Shown here piece by piece: positions 10,401-24,387 of a DNA stretch of 64,000 nt. Origin of the DNA: Porphyridium purpureum (lineage: Eukaryota); assembly GCA_008690995.1 (NCBI GenBank), contig VRMN01000015.1, forward strand, positions 1 to 64,000. Reading direction: 5' to 3'. Under the pieces are notes generated by a model. It did no database searches. It was given only the letters and a program-made list of their open reading frames with translations, and had not been told where the DNA came from. Numbering within the stretch: the stretch's first letter is position 1; every line of letters starts with the position of its first letter. A program made the position numbers and the translations under genes.

Positions 10401-13400
10401 AACGTGAGCATGATCGGGAACTGGCGGAGCCGGATGTCGAAGAGTATGCCGCCCGTACCCGTTGAAGTATTGTCGATGGGCGCCAGCCGCATCTTGCGGT
10501 TTTTGTTGCTTTCTACTGCGATGCAGCAGTCGCCGACGTCGGCCAAAAGATTTGTGCCAACGAAGCGCATTCCGTTGCAGAGTCCAATGCATGTATTCTT
10601 TTTGAGTCAAAGCATCAAAGCTGAATCACCGCAGAGCCGCTGATTGTGGAAGAGCAACCCTGGAAGCGTCCAGAATAGCGGAACCTCGACAGAAAAGCGG
10701 CAGAGCCGGTCTCCGTGCAGCCGGCCACTTGGTCAATGCTGCTCTAGGTGGCCTTAGTGACTCCCGGCACAATGTTTAAGCTGTGTCCAGCACCTGGCTG
10801 TCCGACGCCAAAGATTCTGGGTTTATAGGCGTTCGAGTCGCTCAACGACAGAGTGTAGCAAGGTCCATGTCAGGGATGCATTACGAGACCACCTCAATTA
10901 TATGATCGCCACCGCTGACATACTCGTCAGGCAGGCTGGTCATGGCCTAAGAGTCTACTGGCTCGCGGCCGTCCCGATTCCAGCAGTCAGTGCGTTAAAT
11001 AATTGCAGGAAGAATCCCGACGGAAAAGCAAAACGAACTCCGGGAGGAAATCGCTTTTTGTGCAGTTGATGTGCTCACACCGGATCTGGACTTCTTCGCA
11101 AAGCTCTTCCCAGAGTACCTCCTGATAGTCTTCGCGAGCGACAAAAACGTCGGACCTGGCTTCTTTTGCACGACGCGGTGCCCCCTTTCTGTCACATCGC
11201 GGCTCACAGTGGCCTAAGACGACCGCGAGCGATCTGGGTGAGGCATCGGGGTATATTCAATGACTCGCACCGACAGCTCCTGGCCCATAAGGGCGTAGAT
11301 CAACCAATTTTCGTGTGGCAGCAGCCACAATGCCATTGTTCGGCTTTTGTGCGCTCAATTTTATTTTGGGGACTCTCCACTTGCGCACGGAAAGATGGAT
11401 GAGTGAGTGAAGATCCTTTAATCACTTTCCGATAATCAGAAGAAGACAAACATGCGCGCCCCACGTTTTGGCTCGTCGTCATGCTAGATGTTATAAGTGG
11501 TAAAAAAAAAAAAGAGTTGAAAACAAGTTGTCCATCAAGATGAGCTAGTTTGCAGTAAGATAAAATTCTTCGACCAGAGTGCAGGTGTTTCAAATATCTG
11601 GACCAGGCACGTACAGTTGTCATACTATATGCGGGATTGCGCCCCGAACGATTTTTTCTTGTAGTAATGCGCCAATGTAACTACGGGCCAAGGATCGTCT
11701 GTTCAGGGGCTCCGTGGTTGTCCGAAGAGGAAGCGAGCTTTCCTTTTTCGCTAAATTGCACTCAACTGGTGAAATCTCATTCACACGCCTTTTTATTACT
11801 TCTTATCTTCTCATCATTTTCTCTTCGGCCTTCGGCGCGTCCTCAAGCAGATGCGGAACGCTATTTGTGAGAGCAAGCTATTGTGACGCTTTCAGAGTTA
11901 CCATGCTCACCTCTTTGTCCTTTGTACGGTGTGCTCCTACACGCGACCTTTCCTGGCAATTAAGAGCCGAGATCTTTCTTTGTTGGAATAGTGCGCGCAA
12001 CAAAAGATGAATAAAACGGTTCGAGCACAGCTGCCAGGGTGTTTATATTGGGAAAAAGATCATCTGAATTTATTTTGCGTGGTCAATTGTAAGCGTCAAG
12101 ACGTGGAAGAATTCCCACTTTTTTCAATGACAAGCCCGCTAGGTTTGATACCTTGGCAGCTTGCCGCCTGCCGTGATTGCTGTCCAAATATTACTGAACA
12201 TGAATCTGGTTTGGAATTATGCCAACTTATCGCATCCGAGAAATAGGCCAAGCTCGTCGAGGCGTCGTTGATCAAAGACTTCACGGGGTATAAGCAGTCG
12301 AATCATGAGCCTCTTCTCGTTCAATTTCGTTTCACAAGCGCTGCATTTGAACGGTCACTACGAATTCCAAGCCAACCTACGTGAGCTGCTGGTTCCCGGA
12401 AAAGGCTGAAGTCCTGTATGCATAAACTATGCCCGGTCGAATGCAAAATAGTAAGCCTGCAGATCTTAGCCCAAGACGCAGTGCATGACAAGATCACATT
12501 TATTGCTGAACACGACCAAAGGATGTACTCGATCATCACTACGCGTCCCCAGAAAGAAAGTGAAACATATTTGCTATGACTTTTCGGCTTTGGTGGCGTA
12601 TCTCGCATCGCAGAAAGCACAAGTACAATAATTCGCAACCTGCAGCGGAACCAAAACCAATTCGCGGTACGGCAGCTTGAGCAGTTCGCGGACTTCCCCT
12701 TTTAGATACGTCATGCGAGGACCCTGGAACTAGTTCTCTGTCTTCTGAGACGATTTCACCAGTGTTCGAGCAGGACGGGAGAACAACATACACAACATAC
12801 GACGGCCATCATCAAAGGCTACGGAACTCTTGGAACTTCGCCATATTTTGCCAGTTGGACACATTTGAAATGTAGAGTTTCTGAGAATGGACCATGACAT
12901 TGCCACTATATGAGTACAATGAAGTGCGACCAAAACGGATAGAGCACAGTGTCTCTTTTCAAGATTTACTAGCGAGAATGATTTATTTTACAACGAATAG
13001 GATAGAGGTCCGGTAAAGACGGAATGCGGGAGATGTCGAAACGGATAAAGACACTGCACATGTCTGGCCAATGCACAGAAATAGAATATCGGAATAGATC
13101 GTGGTCTCCTTGCATGTATGCGCTTCAAAAATGCGCACATTCGAGTATGCGCTTCGACAGAGACGCGTACAAATTGGCCAGTGCCGGTCGGTCCACAGTC
13201 TCTCAAGCACGTGTGATGGCATGTTTGAGCTTCATCATCGTCTCTACTCCCCTGCATCCTAATAAACCTTGCGTGATAGTATTCTCTACATGTTCTCGAT
13301 GACCTTGAAGCCCGGCGAGTACGCTGAACGGTCTAGAAGCTCCGCATGCTCGTCATACATAAAATTCTTGAGCGGGTAACTTGTGTGCACTGGCCCGTTC

Positions 13401-13999
13401 TTTTACTAAAAAAGACATGTTCGGGTTTATCATCCGCCAGCCGCGGTTAAGCACACCGTCATTTTGACGCATGAAAACATAGTTGTCGTCCATAAAGATC
13501 CCGTCAAGGTATTGAACGAGAATCTCTCCTGTCGCAGAAATTGAGTTCTGAGCCATGCAGCCACTGACGTCCGAAAGTCACGCCCAAACGCTTGAAACAG
13601 CCTTCTTACGCTCTAGCCACGTCTTCTGGAAAGCATCTCGCCCAACCAAGATTGCATGTCTTCTAGTCTGTGAGCACAATTGTGGCCCAACTCATGTGTT
13701 CCAACCAAAAGCGTTTGGTCGAGGCTAGCCTCTTTAGCTCAAATTGAGTGACAGCGGCACATGAGCTGGAATTCTCCTCATGCATGGGCCAGGCTCCTTG
13801 CTTCCCTGCTTCCCATTACATTTAGAACTGGATTAATACCGCAAACACGCAGTGCAGCACGAACTTGACGGTAGCATTTACAGATCCAAGCGTATTGATA
13901 TCATAAAATTCAAGTATGCATCTCTTTGTGCGTTCCGCATTATTCGCAATGACGTCACTATGTACGTAAACGTCTGGATCATGCACCTATCACCAAACG

Positions 14000-16900
14000 A
14001 CGTGCATCGAGCATTTGAAGTATGTCACAGTTACTTTCCTTTCTTGTCCCACTCCTCAAGGCCCTCAAAGCGTCCTCTTTTCTCATCAGAGAAGTCAAAA
14101 TTGTGATGCATGGTGTCTAAATGAGGCTCTTCACGAGCTTCGCTCGCTGTACTTCTCTCCGTTTTCCTTGCATCGTCCACATGCAACATGCAAGGCTTCC
14201 CAGTACTGCCCCCTATCCAATTTGTGCAACGATTCTGTTGCACGCCATCACACACCCAGGCGCACCGACATTTCCAAATTAAAACTCAAACTTTAATAAG
14301 AATTATCCAACGCTATTCCATATGTCTTTTTGTCCCCATCAGTTTTGGTCGCACCTTGCCTGTCCGAGTTTGATTATACACCCGATGTGGCTTTTTCTGT
14401 CACCGTGGTCTCCAAATGCTTTGTCGATAAAGCACTGGATGCCGCTATGCGGAATGGCTTTCTGCGTGACTCCCAGCTCCTGCGTACCAACGAGGTATAT
14501 CAATAAAGGGCCGAGAATTTTCTCGTCTTGCCTGGTAGGCCGGTGAACGTGACTCGTCAAGAAGGTTGCAGCGGTCAAGAAGTCAGGCCTGCTCCGTTTG
14601 GCTAAATCAAGTACCCGGAAGGTATTTCGGTGACGCTCTCCCGCGCTTGGTGCTCCACAGCCGCAGATGTTTCATCGACTACGAGGAGATCGTTCTGTGC
14701 AGGGATTTGGCTGCGTCCTTGATGTCGCCTTCCCTTATCAGCCTTACGACATACGCTGTCTGCGTGATGCTAGGCACGTGGCCATGATTGGATTGAAAGA
14801 TCATGCCAATGCATTCAAGGTTCTGGCCATGGTGTGGCTGCAGCTTCCCATGCTCTCTCATACCGGAGCATCGACAGGCACTTGGGTGCAATCGCTCCTG
14901 TCGCGGAGGAGTAGCATGTCCTCTACATGCTGCGCGGCACATGCGTTCTTGTCATGCGACGTAAATGCATCTGTCCAGATCGCTCGGTGTCAGCCCGACT
15001 CCCGCAGAGCTTCTACACGCTTGATCGCGCCAGTGTTACCGCTTGTACGACATTCATCGAGTACTCTCTTCAACATGCAGACCAACGTTCCGGTCTCGTT
15101 CACGTTTTCATCCAGCCTCTTATTCATCTCCCGCATGTATCCTTCGAGCTCCTTCCCGAGCTTCGCATCTATCGGTGGCTCGCCGTACGGCATCGCGATA
15201 TTCAGATGGGTTACTGGGAAGTCGATGAGGGCAGCGTGTCACCCCTTGGACGCTACCAGCGTCGCAACTGCTAGCAATGCCTTGGTGGCTACCCTATGTC
15301 TGGTCATTTTAATGCTTCGAGCTAGCCGATCACTCCCTTTTGGTTTGGCAAAGCGCACCACTTCTGCGGCATCATGAGCTTACATGTAGCCACGTTATAA
15401 AACAAGCCCATGCTCTTTCTGCGTTGCCGGCTAGATACATTGAAATACCCTCTGTTGCCCGAATTACTACCTTGATTTGATGATGCACTTTTGGTAATAA
15501 GATAATCGCCAAATGCCAGTGCGAAGTCAGTCTTCCGGCTGGGCATGCGGCCTGTCATGCGTTCTCGCGCTGAATGCGCGTCTAGCAACCACGTCTTTCC
15601 TTCCACAAGGCTGTCACGATGGGGTGCATATCTCACGAGCCGTGGGGTGAGCGCAGTTGGTAGCTTTACTTGGAGGTCATGGATGACGAACCTTGCAATT
15701 TCCTTCAGAGTTCGAATAGCACGCTCCTTCACTGGGACTGCCTCAGTGACGGTGGTCACGTTGACCAAGATGCTCTGGTTTTGAAGCATCCCCTTGATTA
15801 CGACACTGCCTGACTCCAGGTCTGCGCGGACCATTCTGATTCTCAATTTTTGTGATTTGAGAGGGGGGATCTGATTCTAAAGCGCGGTGTGCAGTTTCCA
15901 CTCTGACTTGGAGCTCGCCAGCGCGCACAGAACGTTGTTCATTTTCTTGACCAAATATAGTGAAAAGATGAATTCTGGGATCAACATCAAGTCAAAATGA
16001 AGCTCCCGGTCTGTTTCCTCCTCTCTCTTTGAGCAATTGTCGGTACGTTCCGGCTTTTGTGGCTCGTTGCCTTGCCCTGGATGGCGACAGTGTGTTGGTC
16101 CATGATATGCGTGGATGCGTCAGCGTCAAGTGTTGAGAGGCTTGTGCCGGGAAGGTAGCCGTGTTGGAGCATTTTTCTTTAGAACTCCATCGGACGGAAA
16201 GAACAGGCGACGCTGCAACTCTCGCAATCCCGCTGCGTACTTGAGCTGGTCGTGCGTGCACGTGGTGGTGTCCGCATTGTGTGACAGGCGACAGTGCGCT
16301 GCAAAGGCAGAATATTCAGATTTTACTTTTATAATATTTTTTACATCGTTGAATGATGCCATACGCAAACCATCTGATAGATTCCTGGGCAGTATCGTGC
16401 CTCTTTCCTTGCAAACGACTGTGAAAGCGTCTTCTCGGGGGTCGTACACCACTTCGTAACCAGCCTGGACCAATCTTGCGAATGAGTATACATTTCCGGA
16501 GGCCCTGTGAGAATAGTATACTTCCCCGAAGGCAGAGTCACCCCCCATGTTGATCAATGTTCCTCCGGCTTCCTTCTCGATACCATGCATGACAATTGGC
16601 CTGTCCGATTTCCTCAGCTTCGTCAAGATTTGACCATTTGCGAACAGGTGTTCGTTCGCCATCGTATCCAACCCGGTCATCTCGTTCTCTGCGTCGGTTG
16701 TACCGTGTGAGCTCACCCTCCGCACCAGGCTGTACCATCATGCCTGCTCATGCTCGGTACCATTGATCGCGGTCTTCCTCTCACCGTCTACGGTCACGGC
16801 CCTTTTCACTGTCGAGCGTACATCCAGCTTATTCCTGAACTTGGCGATCTCTGCCGCCAGCTCGCTCATACGCCTCTCCAGGTCGAACAAGATTTTATCC

Positions 16901-18090
16901 TCCAGCGTTTGGTCCAATTCCACCTTTTTCTTCTTTTGGCTTTCGGTCACGGTATGCCCCGATCGATGACAGAAGTCGCACCTGATCTTTCTCTTTTTGC
17001 TCTTGCTGACATCTACTTGTGTGTGCTAAAGGCTGTCGTCATCGCTCGGAGAGTCCCCGGCTCCCAGCCACGCCGACGCCGTGGTCGGCGGAAATTTGAA
17101 TGTGCTGAGATACATATCAAGCTCTCACACGTTGGCAAATATACGATTCTAGTTGCTGGCTTCGCACAGTGGGTCTGAGTTCATTGTGTCCGAGAGCCGT
17201 GTTCCAAACTCTACCGCGTGCACTCATCCGCCATGAGAGTTTGTTTCATTGGCCTGCGCACTGTCAATGCTGCATTGAAACCTCATTCTGAACTTTGGGG
17301 TGTTTCGTCACGCCTCACTGTCAGCTTCTGGAATCGGTCTAAAGCATGTGCGTGGCACTCGTCGACAGTCGCACCAATAGGTATAATATGGACCGTAACG
17401 ACGAGCTCATTGAGCTTGAAAGAATCGATCCGGGTTCCCTGCAGCTCCTCAGACTGGGTCATTCTTCCCAGTGCCTCTATGGAAGCCAGCGAAAGCTGTG
17501 CCAACATGACAGCGTAGATCTTTGAGCGGGTAAAGCCAGCCTCGCTCCTCTAATTCACATAATTACCGACCTACGCCTTTTCCATCTCCTTCGCCAGCCA
17601 GCTGGCCGGCTCGTCGCTGCCAGGAAGCGCAGATCCGGGCGGATACGCGGGAGTGCTGAGCTCTACCACTTTGCCAATCGGTCCAAACTCCCTTTGTGTG
17701 TACGTCAAGATCTCATTGATCCACTGTATGGCTTCTTCCGCGGGCCACATGTTGCCCTCGTACTTACGCAGAGCCAAGCTTTCGACGACCCCGTGCGCCT
17801 CTATACAGGCGCCTTTCTTTGCGCTCTGCATGAGTACACAGATGCCTCGGACACGGCACTTGCGCCCAACTTGCGTCCCACGAGTAATGTCTTGCGGCGT
17901 CTTGCAAGGGTGCCGGCTTCTTGATGGTGATGCTTTTTTGAAAGCTTTCCGCCCGTACGAAGCAACTGCATGAACCATTTTTGGATAATATGTTGTAACG
18001 GTGCGACGGTATAGGTGTGCGCCCATGCACGCGGGATGCATGTCCCAATTGTGCACCTGCAGCCTGGTGCGCGTCACTGGCGACAGCACG
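14000..18090 (-). mobile_element. Degenerate Ty1/copia retrotransposon resembling diatom CoDi-type elements
   Basis: Broken ORFs in copia order: gag-like 17571-18089; protease GLDTMANEHLFAN..FGEVYY..GNVYSFARL..YEVVYD (16126-16725); integrase VPVKERAIRTLKE..SARERMTG..DFALAFGDY (15322-15846); RNase H FIDKAFGDHGDRKSHIG (about 14340-14450). Most of RT appears deleted; ends approximate. Confidence 0.8.
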
Positions 18091-20019
18091 CGAGCGCCGT
18101 CATTGCTGGCGGCGAGTACGAATGCAGTACCGCAGGGTGTATAATTTCTTGCGGTGTAAGGCAGTGCATGAGTGTGAGCGGAGCGGCCTTACATGATTTT
18201 CAAGCGCGAAAGGTTATTGAGCGCAGAAGGCGGACACGCACCTATGCAGGCAAGAAGTATTGCTGCCGGCTTGTCCGCAGTTTTGTACTTGGATAAATAG
18301 TGGAAAGCTGCTGGTTGCACCATGCTTCTTATCCGATCCGTCCCGCGGATCGGTTTCTTTGTTTTCACCGCTTAACGAGAAAGACGCGGTTACCTCTAGT
18401 CCCAAGCACGACGCAAGCAGGTTTTCGGGCCTCCAGCTATCACGAGCGCGCTTCCTGCGGCTTTGTATCCAGTCTTCTCGTATATTTATCGCCCGTATAC
18501 CTATGACTAGGTGAATATGACAACCTCGTCATTTTCCGGCAGCTTTCCCACTTCTCTCTGCTCCGTCCCGCTTTCTCTCTCTCCTATTTATTCACTCCTT
18601 TTTACTCCCTCGCACTCCCTCTCCTCACCCATTGGCAGCACTTCTAACTTGCACAAAGCCCGTTGTCCACTTAGCCAACAAGGGCTTTGCGTATCTTATT
18701 GAACACCTGAAGACTCCTCGTCACCTACGTTTACTTCTCCACCCGCAAAATAGCCAATGCGCTCACACAGATTGCTTCGAAGGAACACTGCGTTACCTTC
18801 GTTATCCTCAGCACTTTAAGGTTCTACCCCATTCTGATTCTCTCACCGTTTTAAGCATCTAGTTTGTCCAAGAATATCGCTCGAACTCGTCTTCCAATTG
18901 TGTCTGCGACGTCTCAACTCGAAATCAGGCGGCTTTTACCTCAATCGTCCGCTAGTACGCCCAGGCCGGAGTACGGGTTCCTATGCGACTTCCACCTCAG
19001 GGTCATGCCACTCGAGTTTCGCATTCGCCAAGCTACTCTTTACTATCCGCCGCTCCAGCTCACGGTCGCTCTTGAACCGGTTGTTCTGGTCCAGAACCCT
19101 TCGCACACGTTGCTGGCTGGCCTGTAGAGCCAGTGCCTGCAGCCTTAGGCTCTTATTGTTTGCTGTATGCATTGCTCATCACAACACTCAGGGTTAGCAG
19201 AATTGGCGGCTTGCTTACACAGAAGGTAGTAATCGGTAAACAAAGGGCTCCTTACTGGCTACATGAGTTTGCTCTATGCTCAGTGAGTTCCTTCTGGTGA
19301 CGAGAGGAGTGAAGAACTACTCGAATTGGAGTGGAGAGGGCCTATTCATGAAGGCCGAGCTCGCAGAAAATTAGGCACGCAGGACGTGGTGGTAGACTGC
19401 CCGTGAGCCGCAGTGCTGTGGTAGTGCAGAATGAGAACGGCTCTTTATCTACGGCTATGTAAATAAAATGGGTCACAGCGAGAAATAAATTGACTGAAAG
19501 CAATGGTCTCTACTTACATGGTAAGCTCCTCGGTCTACCCTAGAGAATAGGCTGCCCATGCCCTCGTACCCAGCCTTCCTCAGCCCCGCAAAAAGAGAAC
19601 CAACCCTCGACCCCATTGGCCCCGTCGGCCCTACCTTTCACTCTTTACTGGCCGCGGCTTACATCCGCTTTTTAGATCCATCCTAACCCTACCTCTTGCT
19701 CTACCTTTTATGAAAACTGCGAATAAATGCACGGCCCCTTCACAAAGAAATCGAGCCTATCTTTCATCTTTAGCTGTCGAACATTTTTCTTTGTTTTTGA
19801 TTACCTTTAGCAGACGATTGCCACCTTCTTAACCGAGCGGGCTTCGTCCAAGCCCAGCGCAGTGCACATGAGGTCATCGCCGGGCGCTCTTCCCTGAAAA
19901 GGCTCAAAGGCCTTTCGTCTCGCAACTTTTGGACCGCATGCCCACGGGTTACGGTGGTCCCTCAGATTCTCATAGATCAGGTTTCCACCAGGGTTGTGTG
20001 GGTACATTACGAGTACAGT

Positions 20020-23000
20020 GGATCAAATGGTCAAGGGGGTAAAGCGGAGGAGGTCATTCAAGACGGGTTTCGACAGAGTCGCTTTTGCGTGTGTCCACTG
20101 GGAATGTAAAATCCAATGACAGTGAGTCTGACTTTGATATTCCCCTTCGCGAGAGACTAGGCTGGGTGCCATGGAGGATAAGCTGATTGAGCGAGGCGAT
20201 GTTTTGTAGTGCGCCTCGTTTGTTGCGGGTCTGCGAGATTGCTGCCACCTTTTACCCACTCAGTGCAAACACCGTCCGTGATGATAGCATCCCTGATGGC
20301 GTTAATGTCCGGAACGACCAATGGAAGCTTGGGCGCATTGAGGTGAGCAAGTGGTCAACCGTGCCCTTGCTGTCTGCGCGTAGGATGACAATGAAGTCTC
20401 TTCCGAACGCTTCAACAAAAAACATTCCCCTGATGTGTAGAGCTTGTTCCATCCCAATTATCAGCGCTTCTACCTCAGCATAAAATGTGCAGTAGGTCAC
20501 TCGCTTAGACTTGCTGCTTTCCCAATCCAGCATAAAGGACAATCCTTGACAGTCTGTCAATAAAAGCAACTATGCCGCCTAGCAGGATGCTACATGTTTC
20601 CCGAACGGAAAACGGGCGTCAGAAAAAATTATGAGTTGAGCCGATATGAAGTCAAAGGCGGCAGAATAAAAGATTTTTGCTAGAGTTTGGAGCAGCTTCT
20701 TCGTGACTCCCTTGATGTCGCGCAGTGCTTGTACGGGCAGAGAAGAAAGATGCTCAATATATGAGAAGCTGTGAGTAATGCAAATGGAAAAACCGTCATC
20801 CCAAGCCCATTGATTGATTAGGCGAGTTTCTGATTGAGTTTCTCAGCGGATGGAGGTACTGTGTCTTGTCCACGAGGTTTCAATGCGCAGTGAATCTTTT
20901 CTGCCCAGGGCGAAATATCAATGAAAATGACTTCACAAAAACGGGCAACGTCACAGTCGATGTACGGAAAAAAGGTTGGTCACAAGTTGTGATGAGCCAA
21001 AACGCTGTGCGAAGCGCAGAAGAAAGCGTTCGAACTTTCTTGAATCAGCAAGACACCAAAGGTCATCCACGTACTTCAGTACGATTATCTCTCCATCGAA
21101 TACTTGTGGGAAAAGTATGGATTGCACGAGCCCTAGCCCGACGATCTCTGCGTCGCTCCCGCAGCAGCCATTGGTCGCCGGCATCCTTGAGACCGAATGA
21201 TTTGGCGACGAGGTTCCACAGTACTTACCATGGTTTAAGCAATGCGCTGGCCGCACGTAAACCTCTAGATCCATAGGTGCACCTTGTAAATACTGCCGAG
21301 TCACATCGAAATTCGCGTGTATCAATTCGAAAAAAAATGACGGCAAAAGCCAAGACTATGCGGATCGCAACGAGCGGAGGCGGCGTGGCGTCGCCCCGGA
21401 CATCGTCTTTGTCATGGTCGTTGTGGCCCAAAAGCAAAGCCAGGCCTTGAGCTTTCCCTGTGATACGGCTTGCTCATCAACCATGTCAATATGTTTCGGT
21501 TTGGAAAGCACGTGCCTGTCACTTACATTTACCATCACGGGAACATAGTGCAAAAGCACGGTTTACTGGTCTCTCCACTCCGACATTTCAGACTTTAGAG
21601 CTGCTTCGAAGATTGCAAGTGAACAGTGCGAGTTGATGGCGGCATTGTGTTCAAAGATTTTGTTGCCAAAAGGCATGAAGAAGCGCGAGACCTCCGCAGG
21701 ACATGGAGCCATCATGGTTTTTGTGAGCTTCTGCAAAGCGCAACGCGGACATTCTTTACGTCGCTAAAGTTTACATTTAGCATGAGCGAATAGCCATTCG
21801 TCATCGTTTGGTTGATCCTCGTGAGCGCGGTTTGTTCCGGCAGGGTCCTCTTTTTGAAACTCGTTGTCGCACAGGGTGGCGCGGTTTTCAACTTCTCGGT
21901 CGAAGGATTTGTCTTAATCTGAAGAAGATGACTCGATTTGTGATGATTGGTTCATGGCGGTAGTGTGTCTAAGCTTGAGTCATCGTTTCGGTAGCTGTAA
22001 GACCTAATTGGTTGGAACCTTGGTGCGCGTTTAAGGTCCTCAAGGGCGACAAAGCGATGGTTGCCGCGGTCCATCACATGGAATCCAGCGCCGTCGGAAG
22101 TTTCAGCGGCGGCTGCCCTCCACGCGGTTGCTGTATTCTGCTTCCATCCATTCTTTAAGAAAACATAGACTGCTTCTGGGACAAGGCTTAGAGCATCGGC
22201 TTCGCTTAGTGAAGGTGAAGGTCTGGTTGCCAGGAGTCTTGTGCGGGCCAGCCGCTTTGATTCGCGCATGCAACATTCTGGCTGCAGCGGTGGATAAAGT
22301 CCGTTACTGCCGATGAAACGTTTGTAGCCTCGAGCCGTCTCAAATGTCGAGGCAGGACGATCACCATTAGCAATGTTGCACAGGAATGTAGCTCGCGAAA
22401 TGTAGCCAGCAACCGAGACTTCTCGACGCGAGACAGGCATGCTCTCCTGCAGTCAATGGCAGTCCTCGTGGATCTCCTGGTTCTTACGCTCCACAATCCA
22501 CATATTTGGATCTCGACGCGCCGGCATCATTGCAAAACGAATGTCAGATGCGCAAGAGTATGCTTGCTTCCTCTTGCCTGCGAAGGCTGCGTCGGCCTTC
22601 ACGATTACGAAAGCGCCGTATATGTCAAATGATGCAACAGCAGGGCCGTGGACGACCGAGGAATCGTGCAAAGACTTCAGGGGAAAGACCTCGCTGGAGG
22701 CAGTCGTATCGTCGACAACAAGAAGCAAAGGCTTTGTCCGCACACCACACTTAACATGCACGACATTCATGGAGACGCGTTCCCCGAAATGGGACGCTAC
22801 AGATGAGAAGATGGCTTACAGAAGCGAACTCCGGGAACAGACAGGGCATTCTGCCACCTCCCGAATTTTGTCACAGATCTTGAGCTCGAGCGAAGCACTA
22901 ATTTCGTCCCTGCGAAGTTGGATGTTCTCGATGTTCGCAATGCAGTGATGCGTACAAGCATTGAGCTAGCGTACCGCATCTGCTGGATAAGGCCAATAGT

Positions 23001-23500
23001 TGATACATAACTGACGGTAGGAGTGGGTAACTCGACGTCCTGAAGGTCGCCAATTGTCGCGGTTTGCAGTACGTCGCCTTCCAGGTTGTCGATCGTGTCA
23101 TGAAGGCGGGCATGGTGAAGTACGTGGTTCCAAATGATACACGAGGAGGAGTCTTCTGCGACGAAGCTTTCCACGTGGATACAGGGAGTTACCGAAACCC
23201 AATTACATCGAATGGTCTTTGTAGGAATTTTACCGGAAGAGCCGGAGCCAGAGCAATGGAGCTTCGAGTCTTGATCCCTTTGCGGAAGAATCGGAACACC
23301 AATCTTGGCGTCTTGTGCCCGATCCACGCCGCTCTTGACCACGCCAGTACAAACGACAGCGTGCATGTAATTACTGATGAGTGTGGTCGCGGAGTCAGCG
23401 AAGGTTGCATCTGATGGATGACTAATCAGCCGTTTGCTCGTGACCCGGGTAGAGGCGTCAGCAAATGGTTCTGCTTCAGCAGATGCATCTGTATGCCTTT
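20020..23500 (-). mobile_element. Degenerate Ty1/copia retrotransposon, GalEa-like
   Basis: Integrase remnants LLLVVDD..VKADAAF..IVERKNQ (22453-22770); RT FDVTRQYLQG and LKYVDDL (20951-21346); RNase H WESSKSKRVTYCTFYAEVEAL..ADSK (20252-20569), resembling the GalEa W.S.K..RV..ST..AE motif. Many stops and frameshifts. Confidence 0.75.
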
Positions 23501-24387
23501 TACTGTGCTTCTCTTTATTCCGCCGCTGGTTCTTTGGGAACTTCTCTTACCACGCCGACCAATGATCAGTTCACTTGCAAGCAGGGCACGGGCCCCTTCT
23601 TCTCAATTGCACAGGACACAACGTTTTTGGCTTGATCAGTCTTTGAGATCAATACGGCATCCATCGACTTCACAGAAGGCTTCCGTGTCCACGAAGGCCT
23701 GTATGATAGTACATGAATGCTTTTTCTCACCCTTCCTCCATCTCCCCCTTTTACTCTTGCCTCTCTCGCCTCCTTGTTAATCAAGCGATCTTCTCTCTTG
23801 AAGTCCGCCGTTAACGACGGACTTGCATAGTAGGTGGCCGGGCTAGCGCTAAGTCTAATGAAGTGTGGATTACACAGCAAGTGAAAATCAATTGAACACC
23901 TCTTTGTCTTCATCTGCCACGTCGCGGTCCTTCGCGGCCGAGGACGTCACTTGTCCCCTTTCCACAGCCTCGCAGCTATGGAGCCCCAAGTTATACCCCA
24001 CTCCAAGTGGCCCTATCGGCCTTCCCTTTTACAAGGTAGCTAGCGCGCCTTGGGCAGCACGCTTAAATACTCTAATCTATCCACTGTGGAATCCCTGTAA
24101 TAGCTGGAGGCGCCAGTGAGAACGAGGGTTGGATCTAGAGGGTACAAAGCAGTGGTGCGGCGGGAGGTACAGTGAATGTGGAGAATATCATGACACACCT
24201 TTTACAACAAAAAAGATAAATTACGTGAAGTGAGCTTTGCCACTCCGACATCCTGCTCTTTTGTGCAGATGTTTGTGAATGCTTGAACTTAGCGTCTGTC
24301 TTGCACTTCTCTTTTTATTGTGTGAGCGCAAAGGATGGCTGTGACTCAAGCTACGTACATACCCGTCGACCTGCAACGATCGCGTAC

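Noticed and set aside
13546..13556. MAQNS start shared with the ORF at 30910
   Set aside because: Only about 11 nt match and there is no downstream similarity.
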